DNA of 63,637 nucleotides, counting the filler, from Rhabdomonas costata (lineage: Eukaryota), in assembly GCA_019059605.1 (NCBI GenBank). It is 39 parts of 39 records of this genome, joined end to end, with 100 filler letters (N's around TTAATTAATTAA, not from the genome) between each part and the next. Parts side by side here need not be neighbours in the genome. Positions count along the whole stretch, not along the records: positions 9,807 to 11,340 come from JAHMHO010013595.1; positions 11,441 to 12,969 come from JAHMHO010013596.1; positions 13,070 to 14,606 come from JAHMHO010013597.1; positions 14,707 to 16,240 come from JAHMHO010013598.1; positions 16,341 to 17,874 come from JAHMHO010013599.1; positions 17,975 to 19,508 come from JAHMHO010013600.1; positions 19,609 to 21,141 come from JAHMHO010013601.1; positions 21,242 to 22,776 come from JAHMHO010013602.1; 31 more parts are not named here. One strand, given 5' to 3'. Each line of letters starts with the position of its first letter. The first letter of the stretch is position 1. The notes under the pieces were generated by a model, which saw only the letters and a program-made list of their open reading frames with translations, was not told the DNA's origin and searched no databases. Position numbers and translations under genes: made by a program. This document shows, piece after piece, positions 10,471 to 22,299 of the stretch.

Positions 10471-13400
10471 GTGCGTGTGGGCGTGCGGAGGGACCAGATC
10501 TTTTGGGGCAGTCCTTTTGTTTGGATTTCGAAGGGCAGAGTGAAGGATAGGGCGATGTACGAAGTACGATGGGCCTTTTGCTTTTGCTGGTTCTAGTTGG
10601 GCACACCAACAAGCTCAAACGTTACCCAATCGTTCGTCAAAAAGCCCCCAAAAGCCCCAGGCCTCAATCAAGGTGGGGCTGCTTCTGCTTTCGTTTTTCT
10701 GCAGCTCCGTGATCGCTGCGAACAACGCGGATGGTTTCATTTGAAAGGGTAGAAGACCGAAGGAGTAACTCCCAAGAAGTGCTTTGAAGTGAGGAGTGCA
10801 GAGGTGATCGTTGTTGTTTGTGCCTGTCTGTTTCAGTAATCGCTGGTTCATGGACTCTGTGCATTCGCCGTTGGGTAAGTCAGCGTCGCTCTTACTCTTT
10901 CGCGGGTTGCTTTTTGGAAATACCGGTTCACAAAGACGGAGCTTGGCCCCGTCTTCGACCGCTGTTCTTTTTTTCGCTGCGCATATTTCTTTTTGACAAA
11001 TCCACCGAATGCTCATCGCTCCCTCCCTTCTCCTCATCGCCGTTGGCCTTTGAGGTCTGATGCGTTCTTGTGTGTTTCCACTGGCGTTGTATCTGCCAGT
11101 GTTTGTGTTTCATTCAATGAGCCGTTTCCTGTACGAAGGGATTGCATGTGTGCCAAGGTGTGGTCTGTGTCACTCCGGTTCATTTCGCCTCTGAAATCGT
11201 TCGTTTTTGTATGCGTGTTTTCGGTGCCCGCGGGCTGCCTTCGCACCGGTGGGGCATGCGTTTGTTCCGTATTTGGCAAAGCTATTTTTGGTGCTGCTGC
11301 TCTTCGACCCCACACGTTCCCAATACCCCTCACCCCCACANNNNNNNNNNNNNNNNNNNNNNNNNNNNNNNNNNNNNNNNNNNNTTAATTAATTAANNNN
11401 NNNNNNNNNNNNNNNNNNNNNNNNNNNNNNNNNNNNNNNNGGCTTTTCGGCAGCATACAGGAAAGTACATGGGCTGGAATTTCTGCCTCATGCGAGTTCA
11501 CCCATTTGGAGTACTGAGCTCGTGAGGGTGGTGGGAGGACGGCAGAAGGCTGTCAACACTTTGTATGTTGATCGGCGCAATTAATTTTCCTTGCAACCGC
11601 TTGAAGTGTTGTTCTCGTCGTCTGTTGGAGTGAGATGTATCGCTCCTCTTTCCGCCGCTTGCGCTTTCCCTCTCTGTGGCTGTACATGGGATCGCTTGGG
11701 TTGCCATAGGCAAGCTTACCCCACTTCGCTTCTGATGTTTTGGGGATCCATTTTCCCTCCTCCTTGTCCATCTACTTCACTGCCTCTTGAGCATTAGTGC
11801 TCCTCCGTTTGGATCGCTATTCTTGGGGCGTGGGGTGATCCTGCGCTGTGAGGTTTCCCTGCGCCCTGATGCGCCCGTGCTTTACTTGACTTGTGTACTT
11901 CTCCGCTGCTTGATCTTGCCGTGACTAATCACAACTTGCATCACCCATATACGATGACGGATGGCATTTTTCCGCTCCCTCTTTCCCCAGCAAAGCCGCG
12001 CACCGATCAAAGCGGTGCGCTCCACCTCTGACCTTTCACTTTAGTAGGCTCACCAACTTTCGGTAATACCGTACCTGTGTTTGCGCTATTTTGTGCGTAG
12101 CCTTCCACCGGACGGAAAAAATCAAAGGGCACCAAGGCGGTGCCGCATGCAAGCGAAGGACGGACACTCGAACACCCCCAGGCGCTTGGGAAGCGATTTC
12201 CACCCCACGCGCGGTAAACGGGTCCGCGCGCGATGTTCGCGACCGAAGTTCACAAACCCGTCTCCATCCTGGCTACCCTCTGAGATGGTAATGCCACGGT
12301 TAGGTGTGTGTGTCTTTACCCTCTTGGTGCTTTGCTCGCGTTTTATGGCAGTGGTGGCCTTCCTTCTCGGCTTGGATCTTTGGGATTCGGTCTCCGGGTT
12401 CTGCCTTGCCCTTCCCTTCTCCTTTTTCCCCGCCGGATCTACCGGTGATAGTTTGTTGTATATCATCCCTCTTCCTCACCCTCTTTCCTCGTTTTGCCCC
12501 CTGCGGAGCTGAGGCTTTGGATCATGCAGGTGGGCCCATGCCCCCCGCACGGCAACAACACCGCCCAATGGTAGTGATGATCGGCCGCGGCTTTTGGTTG
12601 TGTTTGACGTCAAATTTGGGGCACGTTGACCAACATGGCAAGCGGAAGCACGTCCGGGCTTTTGCGCTGTGCTCCATCTTCATGTCAGGTCGGTGGAAAC
12701 GTCATTTCTTCAAAAACCTACGCCGTGGAGGGGAAAGCGGTGTCCAAAAGGGCCGGGTTGAACAAAGGCGCCAGGTTGGGCAGAAGGGGTGGTGCATGGC
12801 GGGGAGGAAGGCCGCAGGTCTCTTTCAAGGCGCGGGCGGCGGGAATAGGCCAAAGCCCACCACAGCAACGGACGGGGAGAACAAACACAGAAGCCGGAAA
12901 GACGAAGCCCAGAAAAAAAGGCACGCCAGGAGGGTGCCACAACTTTTACAAGGTGGCGCCCACCCAAAANNNNNNNNNNNNNNNNNNNNNNNNNNNNNNN
13001 NNNNNNNNNNNNNTTAATTAATTAANNNNNNNNNNNNNNNNNNNNNNNNNNNNNNNNNNNNNNNNNNNNGGGGGGGTTGGTGTCGAAATAGGGAAGACTA
13101 CCCGTTGCCCATTGTTCGCGGATTGTCGAAGCCTTGGCATTTTTCCTTTTGTGTCCTCGCTGCAGAGAGGGTGACTGGAATTGGAACGGGAGCGACGGAG
13201 TTGTGGCGGCGGTGTGATGGGAGTGGAAGGAGAGGTTTTGTCGCAGGGCAGGGCTTCCCGACTGCGGGCACGTATTCCAAATGTTTTCTCGAGTAAGTGG
13301 GAAGCCGCCTAAGTCTTCCCACCTACCACCCACCACTTCCAACACACAGGCAGACGCCCCGCCCATGGCCTACCCTCCGTGGCCGTGCCCTTGGGGAGGG

Positions 13401-14528
13401 AAACTGGATGGGGTAGGGGTGCGGATGGAACTTCCTGTCACCTAAAAGAAGGACACTGCGCTTACAGAATTGTGCTGACGTGTTCTGTTTTTCTGTTGGC
13501 TCCGGGATCGTGCAAATACTCTTCGATCCTGTCGAAGTGTTAGCTTCTCCATTAGGCCTTCGAATCGTGGGTCTGCCCTTCTCGTTTAGACCGAAGTGGT
13601 TGCTCAGACATTGCTTCCAAACTTCCAAAGGTGAAAAAGTGGGGAATTGGGAGCTTGACCATCCTACCGCAAGGAAGGTTTCCCTTTCGAGTGACGCCCG
13701 CAGGACGTTGATGGTGGGCTGTTTTACTGATGATGCTGGAGCGTGAGTGTGGATTTGATGAAAGGCTTGCTGCAGTGACCTCCTTGCATCCTTCCTTTTT
13801 TTAAAGCGTCCGTTTGATAAAACCTCCACAAGCCCGGAAGCGAAAAAAAGGCATCTTTGGTCGGAGGCCGCGAAGCTGCAGTCATTGGGACACTTGCATT
13901 GGCGGGTTGGGGGGTACATCAGGCCTAGTTTATCCTGCCAGTGCCCCCTGGATGGCAATGTTTCAAGACTGAAAGCTCTCGACCGCTAAAGGGAGTTGAA
14001 AGTTTAGCGACCCCCCACCCACACACAAGAAAAAAAACCAAATGCAATGCACTCCACCCATTTATTCTGCGCGCCCATACACGCACCACGTTTTTCATTG
14101 TAAGCAGCAGCACAGCTTTCGTGCACACTTTGCTATTCTTTTTGCTTTACTTGTACAAGGGACTGGTTCCACCTTTGCGTGCGAAGGTCACCACCGCTGC
14201 ACTCCGTTTTCGAAAGCGTTTGCGGTGAGGTGAGAGGTGAGTGTTCTCAGCCGTCGATGCAGCCGCAGTGATGCAAGAGGAGAGCCCCTCCGTCACGACC
14301 CCGAGCGATGACTCCTCCGTCTCACGGGTACAGTTCCGTCCCGCCCATACGCCCATCTCCTCCAAGCCGCTTGCTGCCGCCCGCACACTAACAGGACGCA
14401 AACCAGCACACCCAATGACGCAATTCAACACACCACACTTCTGCAAATTAGGACTGGATGCATAGAAGCACGGTACAATCGTATAAGGCATTACTTTACT
14501 ATTGTGCCCAAAGGGTATAGGCAAGTTC

Positions 14529-14555
14529 CCGGGGGGAACGGTAGGTTCCCCCCGG
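14529..14555. repeat. GC-rich hairpin CCGGGGGGAAC-GGTAG-GTTCCCCCCGG
   Basis: Perfect 11-bp stem with a 5-nt loop. Confidence 0.8.
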
Positions 14556-15269
14556 ACCCCCCTCCTGGTTTAAGTCTCCCTAACCCTCTGCGAGGCTAAA
14601 TAATATNNNNNNNNNNNNNNNNNNNNNNNNNNNNNNNNNNNNNNNNNNNNTTAATTAATTAANNNNNNNNNNNNNNNNNNNNNNNNNNNNNNNNNNNNNN
14701 NNNNNNAGAAAAGGATTTTTTTTTTCATTTTTTGCTTGTGCTTGTACCAAAGTCTCAGTCAGTTGTTGGTTGGCTTGTGTCTCTTTTACTGCAGAGAATT
14801 TTGTTTTTTTGCGTTTCCTCCTGTTGGTTTCTGTTTTTTCTTAACAATGCAAAAAACTGCTCAGCCTGCGCCCCCTTCTGGGGGGTACACGTTCACTCAG
14901 CAACCCTCTGCAATTGCGCCTTCCAGAAAGCCGAAATACAGGTTCCTTTCGAACATTTGTGCCTTTGTTGCGTTTATTGGGCATTGCTTTTATTCTTTGA
15001 CTCAGGGACAACTATTGCGTGTTGCTTGTCTAATTTAAACCCCATGGTGTGTTGACAGCCCCTCATAGCTTTTACGCGGCCGTTCAGTGTGCGAGTTGTG
15101 TGCTTGTTGTCCTCCAGTGAGGATGAGATAGTGGCGCCATGGTCTGTGGTTTTTTGTGGCACCGAGCCATGTCAGGTTCCTCCCTCTGTGTCGTTAACAA
15201 GTTAAATGGATAAAAGTAGGCTGTTTCGATGGCCAGCTGGATGTCTTGTTGAGTCTATTCGTTTTTCAG

Positions 15270-16081
15270 GGATCCTGCCGAAACTCACACGGTTTCAACA
15301 AACCTGATGTGGGACAAGCGCGTGGTGCGCGGCAACACGTACGCTGCTCAAGTGCTTCCGCTGGTGTGCTCACGTGCTTCTTGTGTCATGCAAGACTTTG
15401 ACTTCAAGCTGCCTTGACTCTGTGTGTGTGTGTGTGTGTCCCACAAATCCCACAAATCCCACAAATCCCACAAAGCAATGCTTGTGTTTGATTGTCTTTT
15501 GAAAGCCCGCTCCGGGCCCGCTGGGGGCGGAAAAGACTTCCACCAAAGCAATTCCTTGTGAAGGCAGTGTGTTTGAATTGTGCTGTTCGCTGGAATGGTC
15601 AGAGTGCTCAAAGTGAGCTGGCCGTGGCGGAGAAGGAGGCGGCGAAGCAGCGAAAAAAGATCGCGCAGGAGCGGCGCAAGCAGAAGGAAGCCTCCAGCAA
15701 GCGAAGCTCCACTCCCGAAGCCGTGGAAGGCCGCAAACGTATGTCTGTTGGTCCTCCCTGTCCTCAGCGTTCACGAAGATTCTTCGTTTCAGACCCCCCC
15801 CCCAAAAAAAAACGAGCCTTGTGGAGCCCGTCTCGGGGTTGGTAAATGCAGGATGAGGATGAAAAAGAGGTTGTTGATTGAGGTCATGTCTCACTTCGTT
15901 ATTTCTTTTGTGGTGGCTGTGTGGTGGGGTAGACATTGAGATCCAGACAGAGCAGTACCTCGAGGAGCTGACTGACAAGGTTGAGGAGAATACGGTGGAC
16001 ACCCAGACCGACCCAATGATGGACCGCCCTCCAACTCCGCTGTACATTCCCTTCAAGACAGGCCGGGACACCGAAACCCAG
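15270..16081 (+). CDS. RSPH3: Flagellar radial spoke protein 3, exons 15270-15363, 15603-15738 and 15933-16081, partial
   Basis: NLMWDKRVVRGNTYAAQV, TPEAVEGRKHIEIQTEQYLEELTD and DRPPTPLYIPFKTGRDTETQ are hallmark RSP3 motifs. Splice phases are consistent. Confidence 0.92.
15439..15474. repeat. (TCCCACAAA)4 minisatellite next to a (TG)n run, inside an RSP3 intron
   Basis: Visible directly. Confidence 0.9.
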
Positions 16082-16340
16082 GTCGTTTTCCCTGTGCTGT
16101 CGGCAGGTTCTATCCTAGGTTGTTACCGTACGTAATACTGGGTCAAAATCAATAATTTTCGCAAAAACGAGTCACGGCGTGTTCGGAGTGTTCGGGGCCG
16201 CGCAAAAGGCAGTGCAATAATTTACCCTGGCAACGAAGGANNNNNNNNNNNNNNNNNNNNNNNNNNNNNNNNNNNNNNNNNNNNTTAATTAATTAANNNN
16301 NNNNNNNNNNNNNNNNNNNNNNNNNNNNNNNNNNNNNNNN

Positions 16341-17589
16341 GGGGGGTGGGGATGATGAGGTCCAACTCAGAGAGGTAGAGCATCCTCATCAGCTTGATGC
16401 TCTGGTTGACGTTCTTCGCGGCCAGCAGCGCGGTGAGCTGCTCCGCAGGGAGACTTGCCCCGGTGACCCGGTGCTTCGACATCCGCGCAAGCACCTCGAG
16501 CGCACAGATCAGGAGGCAGCCACCGCGGTGCCGTGCATTCGTGTCGTGGGAGGGGGGCATTGGAAACCGCCGTGGTGAATGCCCAGAAGGTGGCGATGAA
16601 ATTCAATTAGAAGGCTTTGGAAGGGGTTGGACGCAAGGTGGTGGAGAAAATCAAACTTGGACGAAAAAAAATGATTTAATCCATTTTTGATTCTGATTTT
16701 GATTTTTTTATTTGATCATAATTCAGTCAACAGGGTTGAAGAAAAAGTTTTTCATTGTCATGAGGGCAAAGCCGAAGCAGGCTCGGGTTTTTCGTATGTA
16801 CAGTGGGCTTCCCAAAACGCTCAGGCGGGCCCTGTGCCCTCAACTTGATCGATCAGGGTTTGATTTTTGTTTTTAAAAGGAGAATCGCCATCTGAATCGT
16901 CATCGGGAAAGTCACTATTGTGAGCCAAACAAAACCTCCTTGTGGGCTAAGTCGAAGCAGGCTTGACCGAGCCTGGTATCTTTTGAACATAGCATGCCTC
17001 CCGAAATGCTGCGTGACGGGTACTTAGGGTCAGGGTTTGTTGTCTGACGTTAAAACTTGACACTAGGACAGAGCTCGAGACAGACAGTACAGAGAGTGAT
17101 TTTATAAAAAAAAATCGCGTCTTTCTGGCTGATAAAATCATGACAACCCTGGTTAGAGGTTCGCATGGTCTCAGCAATGCCAGAAGTGGATGATTGTTTT
17201 TTTCCGTCTCCTTTGCGCTCCACCGCCCATTTTCTTGCGCACATTATCCCAGCGCGACTCACCGCTTTACCCGGAAACATTTGCTTAACACAGGCGCTAC
17301 GGGCGCCGGCACCATGCCCCCCCAACACACACTTCCCTTGTCAAAACAAAACAGACCCGTAAAAGCGCACCTCGGGCTGCCAGCACCAGTTCTCGAGCAT
17401 CTGCGACGGGGCCTCCACAAAGTCTCGTGGGGTCTTGGCCAGGCGGGTCATGTTGAACGGCTGCTCCGCGCACACCCCATGCATGATGTGCCCAAACTCG
17501 TGGAAGAAGGTCTCGACCTCGCGGTGGTACAGGCAGGCCGGAGTGCCATCAGCGGAGGGAGGAGTCAAGTTGGCCACCATACAGTGAGC
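16341..17589 (-). CDS. Peptidase family M3A (thimet oligopeptidase/neurolysin-like), exons 17371-17589 and 16341-16494, partial
   Basis: EVETFFHEFGHIMH zinc-binding motif and RDFVEAPSQMLENWCWQPE|VLARMSKHRVTG. Confidence 0.92.
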
Positions 17590-18794
17590 CTGCAAAATCA
17601 CATGTGCACCACAAGAACGCTATGGCGCGCACCGCAGCCGATGCTTCCGCTGTTTTCGTTTTTCTCGCAGAAGGCAGAAGGCGGGCGGGCGTCCGAAGAG
17701 GAAAAGAAGATGAGAAGAGAGTGAATTCAAGGGTGTCACCATTCAAGCAATTTGCATTCAGTGACCGATACAAATACGGGCCACATCACGACATCGGCCA
17801 CCAGCCTCTGTCGTGAACGACACTGAACCAGCCAAGGGCAAACTCAAAAGTTATTCATAGCCGACTCCCTGAGANNNNNNNNNNNNNNNNNNNNNNNNNN
17901 NNNNNNNNNNNNNNNNNNTTAATTAATTAANNNNNNNNNNNNNNNNNNNNNNNNNNNNNNNNNNNNNNNNNNNNGGTATCGATCCTACGCATTGAAAGGC
18001 CTGAGACCGGCCCAGGAAAAACCGATCGGGTTCGGCAATACAGGCTCCCAGTTGGCCCACCGTAAATCGGGCCAACGCCGAAGAACCCGCCCGGGGCGCG
18101 GCGAACGATTGGGGAAAGAGAGAGGCCATCGGGAGGTGAAAAACTCAATTCGGTTCGGGAGAACACGGGCCAAAATCACAAAGCCGGCGTGCAAAGCGCG
18201 TTAAATCTTCATCAGCGGCCTCCGTTCGTTGAACCGAGCAAGTGGATCAGATCTATGGGGCTGCCTACCGACAGCCCCAAGCGGTTGAATATGACGTCTA
18301 AAAACTTGCCTAATACGCCGGCGCGGTGGTGTGAGATTGTGGGGTTTTGCCGCGCGCATCATTTCTCGACATTTGCCGCTTCTGCGGATTCTCGGAAAAA
18401 GTTTTGAGCCTGAAAGCGCTGTTTCGCTTGCAAAGGAACGGCCGTTTCTGGAGCAAGATCCAAGCTAGCAGCCCAGGGGTTATTGAAACCCCGAGGCGCG
18501 GGCTGTATGGTTCCAGGTCCGCCGCAAACCACCTCCATGCAGAAGCTTAAATCACTTAGCAACCCCTCTGATGCACCGGACGCTCATGTATGTGTATTAG
18601 TGAAGACAATCCTTCATTCACCAGGAATTACCGACCGGTTGTGCAAAGAATCATGCCCACAGGCCATCTATTGCCTTCTTCTGCCGTCCTTTCTCTTGAA
18701 AGAGAGCCGAAAAATGGACCACATCTCAGAGTAAGAGCCAAATGGAAGTGCATGGAAAAGGGTTGACGTGCGAACTTCTCTGTTTCCTGCGCAA

Positions 18795-19442
18795 TTAGCT
18801 GTGCACCTTGTAGCCGCGGCTGTTGCGGCGCCCACGAGCCTTCTCGAAACCGCGGCCCCTGAGGTTGGACTTGTGACCACCGAGCTTGGGTTGGGCGTGC
18901 GAGCCTGGGGAGCCAGGGGCGCCGAACCTCTTGTTCACCACGCGGCGGGTAAAGCATCCACGAATGAGCATGCAATTGGTGCTGTAGAGCAAACGGAATC
19001 AACCGAATGACATTTCCGATATACACTAAAACAGTCCGGTGTCCAATGAAAGGATATCCTGAACAAAAAAACACCAGCAGCATGACTGGCAAATTCAGAA
19101 AAAGCATACCCCTTGGGAGCGATCATTGCCAGCTGGTCGAAGGTCAGGCACTTCCCGCCACTCTTCTCAATCCTTCGACGCGCAAGCTTGGTGAACCGCA
19201 AAGCGCAAACGTTGAGTTTGGGAAGAAACATGCGGAAGGTGTCGCATGTCACGTCACCGACAACCACTGAGAATGAAACAAAGTCAAAAACGACGCGCAC
19301 CACGCCTGTACCACAGGGAAAGCGATTGCCCGAAGAAAACAATCCAGCACCTGCAATTTTGCTTCGGTTCTGAGGCATGTGCATGCACCGTACAATTTTC
19401 CCCGTGGACACCGGCGGCCTGTACATTCGACTCTTAATCAAC
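18795..19442 (-). CDS. RPL18: 60S ribosomal protein L18 (eL18), exons 19351-19442, 19110-19266 and 18795-18981; 5' part missing
   Basis: RPPVS, KIAVVVGDVT, CALRFT..ARRRIEKSGGKCLTFDQLA..APKG and FEKARGRRNSRGYKV. GT-AG introns of 84 and 128 nt are in phase. Confidence 0.95.
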
Positions 19443-20019
19443 CTGAAAAAATCAGGCATAAAATGCAGAAAGTGAATCGCCAAAGCCAGTATATTTCCCC
19501 ACAACCCCNNNNNNNNNNNNNNNNNNNNNNNNNNNNNNNNNNNNNNNNNNNNTTAATTAATTAANNNNNNNNNNNNNNNNNNNNNNNNNNNNNNNNNNNN
19601 NNNNNNNNCCGGCTACGGACATGGTGGAATTCTCGTGGTGGAATCCAAGAATACCACCTTTTTGAGAACCTCAAGGAGTTCCAATGGCGCTCTAACCTCC
19701 GTGGTGATGATCCTTGGGTGTCTTTGTTGGGCTACCTTCGCGCTGGAGTTTCGGCAGTTTTTGCTGGTCTTCAATGGCATCAGTGATCGCTCACTGGGTC
19801 AAATTTTTTTTGGGTGGCTAATCCCGATACTTCATACGGTCAAGTGAAAACTTTAGAAATGGGTTTGATGATTGTAAATGTATGCTCGAACACGAAAGGT
19901 CCAGGCATCAGGTTGCCATGGAGTGCGTGGTTAGATTTCGTTTTGAAACCGTTGTGGTTTTTTGTGGTGGGGAGCTGGTGTGCCTGAATGTTTTCGCAGT
20001 TAGCAGAATTGATGTTGTT

Positions 20020-20560
20020 ATGATGGAGGAAATTGCGGAGGCCGTCGCTCAGTTGTTTGGAAGAATAACGCTGGAAAAGCGAGGTGGGCGTGTATTGATG
20101 GCGGGTTGTTGTTTTGATGCTTTGTTGTGATTCCGCCTGAATTTGCTTGGGTACTTTATTTCTTTTGCTCAGTTTCTGAAGATCTGATGGCGGAGTATGA
20201 TGCGCGTGTTTCATATCTTGGCTCTCACGCCTCACACTTGTTATTATGAATGGGAGCAACACAGCTTTACATAACGTGGTCATTGTCCGCGTTGTCGCTG
20301 GTTTTGCTCACCGCCGCTCACTGTTTAATAATCACCGGGAGTGGAAACACATGTTCGTATCCACGATCCCTGAGTGGATATGGGGGGGGGCTGTGCTGGG
20401 CGTAACAACTGTTTCGGTTTCATTTGTGAATGGGTGCGCGTTTACGCGTCTAAGGCTGTACTTTTTCTTTCCGAAAACGTTGCCCGGCGCGCTGGAGTTG
20501 GTCGATCGAGAAAAAGTGTGGCGGGTCACTGCTGTTCCCAGCAACCGCTCCGTGTGGACG
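20020..20560 (+). CDS. ZSWIM7/SWS1-like protein, N-terminal part; exons 20020-20083, 20173-20194 (22-nt microexon) and 20455-20560
   Basis: Spliced MEEIAEAVAQLFGRITLEKRVSEDLMAELYFFFPKTLPGALELVDREKVWRVTAVPSNRSVWT resembles the ZSWIM7 pattern L.FLF....ALDLVD....PSGR. The SWIM finger exon is not seen. Confidence 0.65.
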
Positions 20561-21241
20561 GTATTATCCCCCTGCTAACGCGCTTTCTCTTTCTCTTTTG
20601 ATCTGATGACTCTCGTTCGTCACCATTTTTTGAAAGAGTTACCACCGCACTGCTGAAGCGTTCCTCTCATTGCTGCATGATTTTACAAATGGTTCCGTTT
20701 CTCTTGTGTTGAACGCTTTTCTAAACCAAATGTGGGCAGATGGGAAGTTCCATGGGGTGGGCGATGCTCCGCTTGGCACTGCTAAACGTTTTGCGGTGCT
20801 AAACGACCAAACCGGGCCCTTTTTTTTTGGCGATGTTATTTTAAGGGGTTTTGGTTAGGAGCTACCTCTAAATACAGATGGGGTTAGGTACACGGTGTCT
20901 CCGCGCCTCCCCCCCCCCTCCGCAATGGACAGTTATACTTTAATTTAAGGGGGGATACACAATTTATGATCCTTTAGCTTAGTGCTTAACGTTTTGTCAG
21001 TGCAAGGAGTTGCTTCATACCGTTGTGCTTACTGGCAGTTGGTTGGTTGATTGGGGTTGGTTAGTTGGTCGGTTGGTTGGTTGCTCGACATCACACATTC
21101 GTGCGCTCGCTCTATTCTCGTCAGTATTGCCCCCAACACCCNNNNNNNNNNNNNNNNNNNNNNNNNNNNNNNNNNNNNNNNNNNNTTAATTAATTAANNN
21201 NNNNNNNNNNNNNNNNNNNNNNNNNNNNNNNNNNNNNNNNN

Positions 21242-22290
21242 TTGGGTTTTGTATAGCCAGCAACTTTGCCTTATGGCGCAGTGGTGGTGTTCGTTCCAAA
21301 TGCCAACGGTAAGTTGCGGCTGTGCGTGGACTACAGACCGTTGAATGCGATCACTGTTACAGATGCGTACACTTTAACCCGAATCGACAAGATGATTGAT
21401 CACGCGGGAAAGGCAAAGTGGTTTTTCAAACTAGATTTGTATGCGAGATTCCATCATATACGCATTTACCCAGAGCATGTGGATAGAAGGGCATTCAAGA
21501 CAAAGTACGGTTCGTTACAATTCAGAGTCATGCCCTTTGGGTTGTGCAATGCCACAGCCACGTTCCAGAGAACCATGGACTTCGTTCTTGATGATTTGCG
21601 AGAGACTACAGGTGCGTAATTTGACTACATTCTCGTAAATACGGATACCTTGGAAGCCCGTGTAGAATCTTTGCGGGTGTTGTACCAGAGGTTGGATAAG
21701 GAGAAGCTTTTTGCAAATCCATAGAAGTGTATGTTTGCACAGACAGAACTTGAGTATTGTGGATGTATTGTGGGGAGAAATGGGATTAGACCACAGCCGA
21801 GGAAACTGATGGCTGTATACAAATGGCCGCAGTTGCGGAACCCCACAGAGGTGAAGAGTTTTCTTGGGTTGTGTGGTTTTTATCAAAGATTCGTGGAAGA
21901 TTACGCCACAGTGGCAGCCCCACTGACAAATTTAATGAAGAAGAAGAAGAAGAAAGAGTGGGTTTGGAGTGAAGCGCAGGAGACGGCGTTTCATAGTTTG
22001 AAAGCCAGACTGTTGAAATCTCCAGTATTTGTCGTTAACAAGAGGAAGATGGCAAGATTTTGTTCCAGAAAGATGTCCACTGCAGAGAAAAACTACCCAG
22101 TGCATGAGAAGGAAATGCTAGCGTTGGTAGGCACGATGGAAGAATGGTGGCATTACTTGCTTGGTTCAGATTTCAGAGTTCACACGGACAACTCGGCGTT
22201 ATGCTATTTGGAGAAGAACCCCAGTCCTTCGACAAGGCAAGGTTTGGGGATTACAGAGGTATAATTTGCAGATCGCCCACATTTCCGGAA
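21242..22290 (+). mobile_element. Degenerate Ty3/Gypsy pol fragment (RT plus RNase H)
   Basis: KLRLCVDYRPLN, AFKTKYG..FRVMPFGLCNA, VKSFLGLCGFYQRFV, EKNYPVHEKEMLA and HTDNSAL. In-frame stops, and YxDD is destroyed (A*FDY). Confidence 0.95.
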
Positions 22291-22299
22291 GACAAAATG

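Noticed and set aside
15439..15474. (TCCCACAAA)4 as a telomeric repeat
   Set aside because: It lies inside an RSP3 intron and has only four units.
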